The translations under genes and the position numbers were made by a program. A DNA stretch of 38,123 bases, taken from IMG/VR virus record IMGVR_UViG_3300043036_000143. One strand, written 5' to 3'. This document shows, piece after piece, positions 12,208-19,865 of the stretch. Positions within the stretch are counted from its first letter, which is position 1, and every line of letters begins with the position of its first letter. Below the pieces are notes generated by a model. The model worked only from the letters and a program-made list of their open reading frames with translations. It did not search any database and had not been told where the DNA came from. Source of the DNA: a virus.

Positions 12208-12588
12208 ATGACACCGATAAAACTACTACACATCCTTCGCAAGATAGATTGCGAGGCGAAACCAAGAAAAGAGCTTCCACCGTTCATCCTGCACCACAAG
12301 ATTTCCCGCGCTATTTTTTTGCTGGAATTACTAAAATACGACACTCCAGTAAGAACCGCGCAGATACCAGAGGATTCACGAATGATCGTTGATTACCGAT
12401 TCACAAAGCGATGGGAGGACGCTGGTGAATACATCATTCAAGGTTGCCAGCAACGTGCCAAATACTCACCGCAAACGGTCTATACATACATCCTAACCGA
12501 CAAGGGGCGTGATGAGGCAAAAAAGATTGAGGCGAATTTGCAGCAAATGATTGATAACGTATCGAACAAAAACAGAAAGATTGCTTAA
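12208..12588 (+). CDS. Hypothetical protein
   Basis: 126-aa ORF following a 100-nt spacer that contains a GC-rich hairpin. Confidence 0.7.
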   Translation: MTPIKLLHILRKIDCEAKPRKELPPFILHHKISRAIFLLELLKYDTPVRTAQIPEDSRMIVDYRFTKRWEDAGEYIIQGCQQRAKYSPQTVYTYILTDKGRDEAKKIEANLQQMIDNVSNKNRKIA

Positions 12589-12589
12589 T

Positions 12590-12793
12590 ATGAACACACA
12601 ACCAAGCACAACAAAGAAGATAGAAGCATGGCTTCTCAGAGGACACAAGATAACACCACTGCAAGCACTCCAGAAATGGGGATGCATGAGACTGGCGGCA
12701 CGGATTGCAGAACTCCGCAACAAGGGTATTGCTATCAGCACTACTAAGGTGAAATCCAACGGTAAAACCTACGCACAATATAAAGCCCTATGA
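12590..12793 (+). CDS. Winged-helix/HTH DNA-binding protein (HTH_39-like)
   Basis: ATG at 12590. ITPLQALQKWGCMRLAARIAELRNKGIAI matches, from memory, the pattern of that small phage HTH family. Confidence 0.65.
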   Translation: MNTQPSTTKKIEAWLLRGHKITPLQALQKWGCMRLAARIAELRNKGIAISTTKVKSNGKTYAQYKAL

Positions 12794-13083
12794 AAAAGAG
12801 AGCTAAGAGAGCGAGCGATGAAGGGTTCAGTATGATTTGCGGCAGACCGAGACACAAGCCGTGGGAGCAAAAGGCTACGATTGTCCTGCGCTTGTCACAG
12901 GAAACATATCAGCGTATCAGGCGGTTATCGTCGCACAGGAGGTGCAGCGTAAGCCAGGCGGCAGAGTTACTCATGCGCACGGAGGAATCTGAGAGGATCG
13001 AGCCGACAATGCCGATTGACTACTCATTCCTAGAAAAGAAAGGCAACAGCTACACAGTATTAGACATTCTTAATTTACCATGA
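12790..13083 (+). CDS. Possible ribbon-helix-helix protein
   Basis: ATIVLRLSQETYQRIRRLSSHRRCSVSQAAELLM fits a strand-helix-helix pattern. The gene is ATGA-coupled on both sides. Confidence 0.55.
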   Translation: MKKRAKRASDEGFSMICGRPRHKPWEQKATIVLRLSQETYQRIRRLSSHRRCSVSQAAELLMRTEESERIEPTMPIDYSFLEKKGNSYTVLDILNLP

Positions 13084-13664
13084 ACACACTAAGAGGATTT
13101 CCCAAACGATACGAGGATGCCCCGCCAGCGACAGGTGACGGATGGTTGGCAAACTATGCCAAAGCACTCGCCACAACCGATTCTGGGGGCATTACGATCC
13201 TTTACGGAGGATATGGCACAGGCAAGACACGCATGGCTTGGGAGGTGGCTAGGGCGCATAAGTCCAAGCGTCCAACAATCAGTAATGGTGGCATTGGATG
13301 GACGACAAGCACGAAGAAACGCCCGATGGTTTACACCACAGCGGTGAACTTGTTCTCAACGATCAAATCCACTTATACTTCTGGATCTGGCAAATCAGAA
13401 AAGGAAGTTGTATCGGATTACTGCGAAGCTGCACTGCTGGTGATAGATGAAGTCCAGGAGCGTGGGGAAACACAATACGAGGATAGACAGCTAACCGCTA
13501 TCATTGATGCGAGATACGCCGCAGATATGCCGACGATCCTGATTTCCAACTATACATGGGAGAGATTAGCATCTACGCTATCTCCAGCTGTGATTGATCG
13601 GATCGAGGAGAACGGGGCGAAACTACTATTCAACTGGGAATCATTTAGAACCAAAACAAAATGA
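13080..13664 (+). CDS. DnaC/IstB-like AAA+ ATPase (helicase loader)
   Basis: Walker A GGYGTGKT and Walker B LLVIDEV are present, with sensor-like PTILISNY. The size and context fit a phage replication module. Confidence 0.8.
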   Translation: MNTLRGFPKRYEDAPPATGDGWLANYAKALATTDSGGITILYGGYGTGKTRMAWEVARAHKSKRPTISNGGIGWTTSTKKRPMVYTTAVNLFSTIKSTYTSGSGKSEKEVVSDYCEAALLVIDEVQERGETQYEDRQLTAIIDARYAADMPTILISNYTWERLASTLSPAVIDRIEENGAKLLFNWESFRTKTK

Positions 13665-13861
13665 ATACACTACCAAATGACGTTGCCCGATGCAAGGGTG
13701 TGGGATTCGATGAGGACGGAACATGGGACTGGCGCGAAGGATGCGAGACATGCCTGCGCAGGACAGCACCGAGAAATGGAGTGCATTTTTTTATTGATCC
13801 GCCCGAAATCGTCGCTTTCGAGTGCGAATACCTTATTGAACCAACCAAGATAAAACCATGA
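13661..13861 (+). CDS. Small Cys-rich protein
   Basis: 66-aa ORF with RCKG...C..C.RR, ATGA-coupled. Confidence 0.65.
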   Translation: MNTLPNDVARCKGVGFDEDGTWDWREGCETCLRRTAPRNGVHFFIDPPEIVAFECEYLIEPTKIKP

Positions 13862-14109
13862 AATACAAAGAACGAATCACACAAATGACTATAACACAAG
13901 TTGATGAACCCCTGCTTTCAGAGACGGCGACAATAATTACTATTGAAGACGATGGGGTAGGTGAATATCTTTCGATCTTCCAACCAACAGGAAGCGGAAA
14001 AGACGCAATCAATATTGATCCCGATGAATGGGTGGTAATGAGATTAACTATTGATCGAATGTTTGCAGATATTAAAGAAAATGAAAACAATGAACACACA
14101 ACTAAATGA
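13858..14109 (+). CDS. Hypothetical acidic protein
   Basis: 83-aa ORF. Its TGA (14107-09) overlaps the ATG at 14106 of the +1-frame ORF. Confidence 0.65.
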   Translation: MKYKERITQMTITQVDEPLLSETATIITIEDDGVGEYLSIFQPTGSGKDAINIDPDEWVVMRLTIDRMFADIKENENNEHTTK

Positions 14110-14980
14110 GCTACACTTATTTGCAGGAGCAGGGGGAGGCATCCTTGGCGGGATGCTTTGCGGACATACCACAGTATGTGCTGTCGAGATTGAACCTTAT
14201 TGCCGAAAAGTCTTACTCCAAAGACAGCGAGACGGAATCTTGCCAAAGTTCCCAATCTGGGATGATGTGCGAACCTTTGACGGCAGACCATGGAGAGGAA
14301 AAGTTGACGTTATTTGTGGAGGATTCCCATGCCAAGACATTAGTTGCGCAGGAAAAGGAGCAGGAATTGAAGGGGAAAGAAGCAGTATGTGGAAGTACAT
14401 GGCGAGAATCATCGGTGAAGTTCGACCTAGATACGCTTTCGTGGAAAACTCACCGATGCTTGTGGGAAGAGGACTTAGCACCGTCCTCGCTGATCTTGCC
14501 GAAATGGGGTATGATGCAAAGTGGGGAATTGTGGGAGCGCATCACGTCTCCGCTCCACACAGACGAGATAGAATCTGGATTCTTGCTACCTACTCCAACG
14601 TGCGCCGATGCAACGATGGGAGCGATTCTGAACGACAATACGAAGCTAATTATGCTCAAGTCGGGCAAACTGCGGAAGATCAGCAATCAGGGAGTATCTG
14701 GCAGCATTGGACTAGCAAGAACGGTTGCTATGTATCCAACCCCATCAGCGAACGAGGATGCAGCAGGGACTCCAAATGGCAAGATGCAGAAGATGCTAGG
14801 GAACTCACCACTAATTCGGGGGACAACACCAGAAGAGTGGAATGGTGGGACTCTGAACCCAACGTGGGTCGAGTGGCTAATGGGGTGGCCTCTAGAGTGG
14901 ACAGACTTAAAGCCATTGGCAATGGGCAAGTATCAATCTGCGCAGCAAAAGCCTGGGAAATACTTTCGGAAATGGCTTGA
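14090..14980 (+). CDS. dcm: DNA (cytosine-5)-methyltransferase
   Basis: Frame A carries motif I LFAGAGGG, motif IV GGFPCQDIS (Cys codon 14330-32), motif VI FVENSPML, motif VIII APHRRDRIWILA and the C-terminal EPNVGRVANGVASRVDRLKAIGNGQV (motif X). Start is ATG 14090 (alternatives 14081 and 14051). Confidence 0.9.
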   Translation: MNTQLNELHLFAGAGGGILGGMLCGHTTVCAVEIEPYCRKVLLQRQRDGILPKFPIWDDVRTFDGRPWRGKVDVICGGFPCQDISCAGKGAGIEGERSSMWKYMARIIGEVRPRYAFVENSPMLVGRGLSTVLADLAEMGYDAKWGIVGAHHVSAPHRRDRIWILATYSNVRRCNDGSDSERQYEANYAQVGQTAEDQQSGSIWQHWTSKNGCYVSNPISERGCSRDSKWQDAEDARELTTNSGDNTRRVEWWDSEPNVGRVANGVASRVDRLKAIGNGQVSICAAKAWEILSEMA

Positions 14981-14993
14981 CTCTTTTGGTTGA
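14106..14993 (+). CDS. 295-codon ORF fully overlapping dcm in the +1 frame (candidate overprinted gene or frameshift product)
   Basis: No stop codon for 888 nt in the alternative frame. The ATG forms an ATGA junction with the upstream gene, as do the five preceding junctions. Motifs SWKT, LPKWGMMQSGELWE, LLPTPTCAD, MYPTPSANED and LNPTWVEWLMGWPLEWTD are recalled from phage/ICE proteins. Confidence 0.55.
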   Translation: MSYTYLQEQGEASLAGCFADIPQYVLSRLNLIAEKSYSKDSETESCQSSQSGMMCEPLTADHGEEKLTLFVEDSHAKTLVAQEKEQELKGKEAVCGSTWRESSVKFDLDTLSWKTHRCLWEEDLAPSSLILPKWGMMQSGELWERITSPLHTDEIESGFLLPTPTCADATMGAILNDNTKLIMLKSGKLRKISNQGVSGSIGLARTVAMYPTPSANEDAAGTPNGKMQKMLGNSPLIRGTTPEEWNGGTLNPTWVEWLMGWPLEWTDLKPLAMGKYQSAQQKPGKYFRKWLDSFG

Positions 14994-15010
14994 ATATTGG
15001 AAACTGACTC

Positions 15011-15382
15011 ATGACTTGTTCCAAACAAAAAAGCAGAGAGAGATACAAAAAATGGTATGAAGCAAACAAAGAAAAAGCTAGAGCAGACAAAGCAGCAAAT
15101 ATGCGTAGATACAGAAAAGAAAATCCAGAAAAGCATCGCGAGCAATCAAGGACTGCAAAAAAATTGTTGAGAGAAAAACTTAGAGAAATCTATGGGATTA
15201 CTTGCGTTTTATGTGGTTTTGCTGATTTACGAGCGTTAACATTGGATCACGTTTTGAAAAATGGATCAATTGAAAGAGCTGAACTAGGAGAGCGAGGAGT
15301 TTATTTGCGAGCATTAAAGCCAGAGCATAAACACGAATACAGATGCCTTTGCATGAATTGCCAATTTATAGTAAGATCATAA
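15011..15382 (+). CDS. HNH-type endonuclease
   Basis: CVLCG...LTLDHV..NG...CLCMNCQ gives CxxC...DH...N...CxxC. The N-terminal half is basic and repetitive. Confidence 0.65.
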   Translation: MTCSKQKSRERYKKWYEANKEKARADKAANMRRYRKENPEKHREQSRTAKKLLREKLREIYGITCVLCGFADLRALTLDHVLKNGSIERAELGERGVYLRALKPEHKHEYRCLCMNCQFIVRS

Positions 15383-15420
15383 CCAGCAGTGGCTGCACTC
15401 GCATGGAATATCCTAAAACT

Positions 15421-15654
15421 CTAGTTATCTGCTTGCTTATAGACATTGACATATCGCCCCTTGATTAACATCTTGCGACATGTCAACTCCCCCTTTTCAT
15501 GCATCCTTTTCACCCTGTTTCTGATGGGGTGATAAGGACCTCCTAGTTTTGCGACAACCATCTCGACTGTAAATTCATCTGGATGCATTTCTATTTGATT
15601 GAATTGCTCCAGAATCCAATCCATGCCACTTACTTTTGGTATGCTCTTTGCCAT
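15421..15654 (-). CDS. Hypothetical protein (possible winged helix)
   Basis: 77-aa ORF, the last gene of the minus-strand arm, with a TAATG overlap onto the upstream gene. Confidence 0.65.
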   Translation of the reverse strand: MAKSIPKVSGMDWILEQFNQIEMHPDEFTVEMVVAKLGGPYHPIRNRVKRMHEKGELTCRKMLIKGRYVNVYKQADN

Positions 15655-16454
15655 TATGGTATGTATTTGCGTTGATGGAATAGTGGAAGGTCGCCCTTAT
15701 CGGTCGTTCTTGCGTCTAGGATGATGCAGGACGGCTCCGAGATAGCATCGGGGACTACTTTGTAGCCGTGACGGGTAAGACCCTGCCACGCGCCTGTTAT
15801 GAGCGATGCTTGGTTGCCGTCCGTCCAGATACCGTGACGGTGACGGTGCGCCCGACAGATGACAGATGGCACACGTCTGCCTACTCTAGCACGGGTATGG
15901 GTGATGACACCGAGGGCAATGCTGTGCGCTCCTGCTTCCAGATACGGGCGGGATGTTGCAGAGATGTGGTGGGCAAAATTGATTAGCGTTCCGTTAATCT
16001 CGATGTCTAGGTTATCCCATGCGTTTTGACCATTCTCAGGATTCTTAGATGCGCCTAGTGCTTTACCAAGACGGATCTCGTCATTGCGAGTATGGCACTC
16101 AGTTCCTTTGATAATGTGGACACCTGATGCCTTACTCGCCACTGGCTCTAGGATCTCCATGACGGCAGCGGATTGATCTCCGATGTCTGCACTCATAACT
16201 TGAGTAGTGCGATGGTGCAGCCCCTCTACTAAGTCACCATTGATGACTAGCTCGTATGGCTCATCGCCCACGATTTTAGATACCCACTGATGGCAGTCTT
16301 GCCAGCAAGCCCATAGCCATTTCTGGAACGGGTTTTGACCGATGGGAAATCCTTCATTGGACACGAAGTTAGCTGGCCACAGCCCCACGACAGAACCAAT
16401 ATGCAGGTCTGACAGTAGAACGATGATTTTAGACTTGCTTTTTATTGGCTTCAT
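15654..16454 (-). CDS. Calcineurin-like metallophosphoesterase
   Basis: LLSDLHIGS (DxH), NGDLVEGLHH (GDxxE/D), IKGTECHT (GNHE-like) and CRAHRHRHG (GHxH-like) are present. Confidence 0.75.
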   Translation of the reverse strand: MKPIKSKSKIIVLLSDLHIGSVVGLWPANFVSNEGFPIGQNPFQKWLWACWQDCHQWVSKIVGDEPYELVINGDLVEGLHHRTTQVMSADIGDQSAAVMEILEPVASKASGVHIIKGTECHTRNDEIRLGKALGASKNPENGQNAWDNLDIEINGTLINFAHHISATSRPYLEAGAHSIALGVITHTRARVGRRVPSVICRAHRHRHGIWTDGNQASLITGAWQGLTRHGYKVVPDAISEPSCIILDARTTDKGDLPLFHQRKYIP

Positions 16455-16511
16455 TTGCGTATAATGTTTCTCAAACTGGACATTATTGCCCCTTTTTGCG
16501 TAGAATATTGC

Positions 16512-17030
16512 TCAGATTGTAAAGCGGATGCGTGAGCGGATCTTGGAAAGGTGCCGAGATTTCAGATAAACCCCACCTCCCTCTCTCGATCCTGCTGCGT
16601 CAGTGTTTCCTTCAGCTACTTTGACGTTGCCATCATCATCAGGAGATGATACAGCAATGCCGATATGGGAGAACGTAAAGACTACGATGTCGCCAGGGAG
16701 AATGTCACCACCATGCGGTTTCTTCGTATTAGTCGTCCTATCCTGTTCAAGTGACCAGTTCTCAAAGTCCCATGCGCCAGCGGTGCGAGGACGCTTAAAT
16801 GTCTTGGTCTGTTTGACTCCAGCGGATGCCATAGCTTCCCGCACTACCCAGCAAACGAAAGCAGCGCACCATGCCCATCCTTTCTTGGGGTTAAGCCATG
16901 TCGCCGCCTTGTATTGGTCAACTCGCTCGCCACAGTTCGTATTGGCAATCTCCCGAACGCCGACTTCCGCCTTGGCGATGCGAATGATTTCCTTCACGAA
17001 TGTAGTCATAGCTTCTTGATGATTTGCCAT
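16512..17030 (-). CDS. CHAP/NlpC-P60-type cysteine peptidase endolysin
   Basis: GWAWCAAFVCWVV (catalytic Cys context) and GDIVVFTFSHIGIAV (His) are present. The gene lies next to small membrane proteins. Confidence 0.75.
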   Translation of the reverse strand: MANHQEAMTTFVKEIIRIAKAEVGVREIANTNCGERVDQYKAATWLNPKKGWAWCAAFVCWVVREAMASAGVKQTKTFKRPRTAGAWDFENWSLEQDRTTNTKKPHGGDILPGDIVVFTFSHIGIAVSSPDDDGNVKVAEGNTDAAGSREGGGVYLKSRHLSKIRSRIRFTI

Positions 17031-17191
17031 AGGCTTAGTAATCCTACAATCAAGCCGACTAATAAACCGCTGATGCGGAGTCCATACTCAACTTGCTCTT
17101 GTAGAGATGTAATGACACCAAGAAGCGGTGCAATCGTGCCAATAGTGCTATGACCAATGTCCTTCACTTTTATTAAGCTTAGGATTTTCAA
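17006..17191 (-). CDS. Holin-like membrane protein (TTG start)
   Basis: 61 aa with two hydrophobic segments (TIGTIAPLLGVITSL and ISGLLVGLIVGLLSLWQII) and a KKL tail. There is no ATG in frame. The TTG at 17191 lies 1 nt after the upstream stop, and the gene overlaps the lysin start by 25 nt. Confidence 0.5.
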   Translation of the reverse strand: MKILSLIKVKDIGHSTIGTIAPLLGVITSLQEQVEYGLRISGLLVGLIVGLLSLWQIIKKL

Positions 17192-17192
17192 T

Positions 17193-17345
17193 TTATTTTG
17201 CGTCAGCAGCTTTGATTAGCCCGACACCAGCAACTACAGCAGCAAACGCTGCGGCGAAGTCTGGAGCTTCACCAGAGATGAACTGGATAGCTACGTTGGA
17301 AATAGTTGCTACGATTGTCAGAATGCCTAATACGGTAGTTTTCAT
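17193..17345 (-). CDS. Small membrane protein (50 aa), lysis-cassette partner
   Basis: ATG at 17345 within track ORF 17193..17594. The product is MKTTVLGILTIVATISNVAIQFISGEAPDFAAAFAAVVAGVGLIKAADAK. Confidence 0.5.
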   Translation of the reverse strand: MKTTVLGILTIVATISNVAIQFISGEAPDFAAAFAAVVAGVGLIKAADAK

Positions 17346-17364
17346 AATTATTATTTTGGTTGTA

Positions 17365-17655
17365 TCATGCCCACCAAATGTTGGGGACATCATCGGAGAT
17401 TGGTCTTGGGGTGTCAGAGGTAGATGTCCAGAAAATAAACTGCTCGCCTCCTTCGGGAATCGGGATGCCTGCAATGTCACGGAAAAGAACCCACCAATCT
17501 GAGCTATTATGCTCGCCAATGACGCACAAAGCGTGTGTATGGCTTGCGAGTGACGATTGTGGCTCTCCATTCTCATCAGTAGATGTGAAGCCATTAGTTA
17601 TACCAAATTGAACGGCTATCTCTTTGCTGGGAAATTTCAAGATGTAGTCGATCAT
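17365..17655 (-). CDS. Hypothetical protein
   Basis: 96-aa ORF, ATGA-coupled to the fibre gene. Confidence 0.65.
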   Translation of the reverse strand: MIDYILKFPSKEIAVQFGITNGFTSTDENGEPQSSLASHTHALCVIGEHNSSDWWVLFRDIAGIPIPEGGEQFIFWTSTSDTPRPISDDVPNIWWA

Positions 17656-18926
17656 AATGTTAGGGATTGGAGTTTTGCGTCTGGTAGGCGTTTCTTATAG
17701 TAGCGGATAGCGGCTATGTGGCCGTTATGAGGAGCACTGCCAAGAGACTGACTGCCAATGTTGAGAGTGGTTAGATTTGACGGGACTGTAACGGTTATAT
17801 CCGCCGTTCCTAGAGCTCCATTAAACGCAGCTCTAGCATCGTTTGTAGCATAAGACCCAGCGGTTTTATTGAATGATCCATCGGCAATAGTTGCGCTAAT
17901 AATTTGCGCTGTATATGCCCCACCACTAGCAACATCAAATCTCATATATAGTGGTGATGGGTTTCTAAAAATTGCGATCTGATTGGAATTTGCTCCAGAT
18001 GACGCCATGACTGGATAACCTCTTGTGACACCACTAGCAAATAACGTCCCCTCACTAGGATTCCAGAACCCCGTAAAATCACTCCCAGTAATACTGCACA
18101 CATCCGCGCTGCGGGTCAGGGCTGCTGTGGTAGTCGGGATGTAGCTGGTGGGGAATGAGCCTGCTTCTAGTTGTGCGCCCCATAGGAAGATTCCGTGATT
18201 ATCCGCCCCTAGATAGGCGGTGAAAAGTGTGCTAGTTGACGCTGGCACAATCCCAACAGTAATTGTTCCACTGGCGGTTGCGCTCGCTTGGGCAACAATG
18301 GAGCAACGATACCATCCGTTACCCATCGCCGTGATTGCGGAGCTGGTCGCTGTTCCAGATCCTATTGTCCCGTTTGAAAGGTCAAAGTTTTGATATGCTG
18401 ATGTAAAGTTGGCACTTGCTGTAATTTGCAAGAACGACCGCTCTGCCGCCTTGGCGTAAACGGAAAGAGTATAAGTTGTCCCACTGACAACGGAAACATT
18501 CTTCACTGATATTTTTCGAGAAACACCAGCAGAAGCTAACTCAGTAATTTTCTCCGCTGTCGTATTACCATTGGGGGAAGTGGTGGCGTTATTAACCCAT
18601 AAAATCCTATTTGAGTCCTCACTCCAGCCGTTGGCAACGGACATATCCTCAGAGTAGGTTATGATATTCGTTCTGCTCTCTTCAATAAGAAGCCCCTTGC
18701 AAGCAAGCGTGACAGGATTGTGGTCGAAGCGTGGTGTATTGATTGCCGCACTCTGGATCAGCCCATTGCTTCCGACAAACGTAGCAGTAGATGCTCGGGT
18801 AAACGTAGGAGTTGGACCTTTGCGAGCCGTTAGTGTTTTATCAGCGGCAAACTGGAGGTCAAGAGCTAACCCGTCAGGATTCAAAGCTCCACCTCTACTA
18901 AGCATATTTCCAAGTGAGTAATTCAT
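17652..18926 (-). CDS. Tail fibre / receptor-binding protein with ConA/LamG-like jelly-roll signature
   Basis: FTRASTATFVGSNGLIQSAAINTPRFDH...GLLIEESRTNI and LWGAQLEAGSFPTSYIPTTTAALTRSAD are patterns recalled from phage fibre/structural proteins. Confidence 0.65.
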   Translation of the reverse strand: MNYSLGNMLSRGGALNPDGLALDLQFAADKTLTARKGPTPTFTRASTATFVGSNGLIQSAAINTPRFDHNPVTLACKGLLIEESRTNIITYSEDMSVANGWSEDSNRILWVNNATTSPNGNTTAEKITELASAGVSRKISVKNVSVVSGTTYTLSVYAKAAERSFLQITASANFTSAYQNFDLSNGTIGSGTATSSAITAMGNGWYRCSIVAQASATASGTITVGIVPASTSTLFTAYLGADNHGIFLWGAQLEAGSFPTSYIPTTTAALTRSADVCSITGSDFTGFWNPSEGTLFASGVTRGYPVMASSGANSNQIAIFRNPSPLYMRFDVASGGAYTAQIISATIADGSFNKTAGSYATNDARAAFNGALGTADITVTVPSNLTTLNIGSQSLGSAPHNGHIAAIRYYKKRLPDAKLQSLTL

Positions 18927-19540
18927 CAGTAGCGCATTTGCATGTTAGCGTTAGTAAAGATACGGTTAGCAACCATCTGTAAAGTATGTTGTTCGTCAAT
19001 GCGAATCATTTCCTCTTGGAGCAGCATGTCTGCTTCTTGATCTGCCATCACAGCTTTCTCTTGCTGTCCTTCCGCACGGAGATAATCAGCGTAAGTGCCA
19101 TGTGCCATGTATTGAAACCATTCAGCAGGAATTTGCGTGGATTCTCCTTGTGCATCTCCGAATGTATCGGTGAACTGCCGCTTGTATGTCACATAGGCTT
19201 CCGTAGGATTCAAATCCCCAGCGACTAACGTGGCACCTTCAGCGGTAACCATGATGTCGTATTCCTGCACTGACCGATTAAGCCATGGTGCTTGTTTGTG
19301 AATACGCAGGTATGTGTCAATAGAGTCTTTATCAGTCTCAGTATATGGGACAACACTACCCACCACTGCTCTCTCTTCCCCGATTTTAAGGAAGCGAGGC
19401 CAGTAGTTTGTTGAACGAAATGCTCTTAATGCTCGGCGATTAATCAGTGCTTTGATTCGCCCAAGTTCAAGAGTAGCAAATACAACCCCGCTTAATGCTT
19501 GGATGAGAGAAAGTAGCTCGGCGTAGGTTCTAGTTTGCAT
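18926..19540 (-). CDS. Structural protein (possible head-tail adaptor)
   Basis: 204-aa ORF positioned between the capsid genes and the fibre. The function is inferred from position only. Confidence 0.6.
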   Translation of the reverse strand: MQTRTYAELLSLIQALSGVVFATLELGRIKALINRRALRAFRSTNYWPRFLKIGEERAVVGSVVPYTETDKDSIDTYLRIHKQAPWLNRSVQEYDIMVTAEGATLVAGDLNPTEAYVTYKRQFTDTFGDAQGESTQIPAEWFQYMAHGTYADYLRAEGQQEKAVMADQEADMLLQEEMIRIDEQHTLQMVANRIFTNANMQMRY

Positions 19541-19818
19541 TAAATGTTACCTGCTTTCAGGTGTGATTGTGATTTGAAAAAGTCACGAACGAATTGACGG
19601 TCATCCCAGCATTCGCTCCCGTATTTGTTTGCAAGTAGTAAATACTCACGCTGCGGAATAGATCCAACAGGCTTGCCAGCAATGGATTTCACTTCACGCA
19701 TTTTTCTCGCTTCTGCCGCTGCTTCAATTTCCCTGCGTTTCTCTAAGCTCTCTACGAACTTACGACCTGAGCAAAGCTCACGAACTAGGGCAGCGTTAAT
19801 TTCTTCGTTAGCAAACAT
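19540..19818 (-). CDS. Hypothetical protein
   Basis: 92-aa ORF with a 1-nt overlap onto the next gene. Confidence 0.65.
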   Translation of the reverse strand: MFANEEINAALVRELCSGRKFVESLEKRREIEAAAEARKMREVKSIAGKPVGSIPQREYLLLANKYGSECWDDRQFVRDFFKSQSHLKAGNI

Positions 19819-19821
19819 AAG

Positions 19822-19856
19822 TAAGAAAGGGGAGAGAGATTTTACCCTCCCCCCCC
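19822..19856 (-). terminator. Rho-independent terminator after the capsid genes
   Basis: GGGGAG (19829-34) pairs with CTCCCC (19847-52). On the minus strand the stem is followed by TTTCTTACTT. Confidence 0.5.
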
Positions 19857-19865
19857 AGTTATGGA

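Noticed and set aside
13833-14291. 152-aa minus-strand ORF, plus other antisense ORFs at 14197..15090 across the dcm locus
   Set aside because: I read these as a by-product of stop-codon depletion caused by two constrained sense frames. They are noted as supporting evidence for the dual-coding finding rather than as genes.
16459-16506. Plus-strand promoter-like elements (TATAAT at 16459-64; TGGACA-N18-TAGAAT at 16477-16506) pointing antisense into the endolysin gene
   Set aside because: An antisense lysis-timing RNA is an attractive idea. However, this is a short AT-rich spacer where such hexamers arise by chance, and no terminator or conserved partner was seen. It is worth a look only if strand-specific RNA-seq exists.
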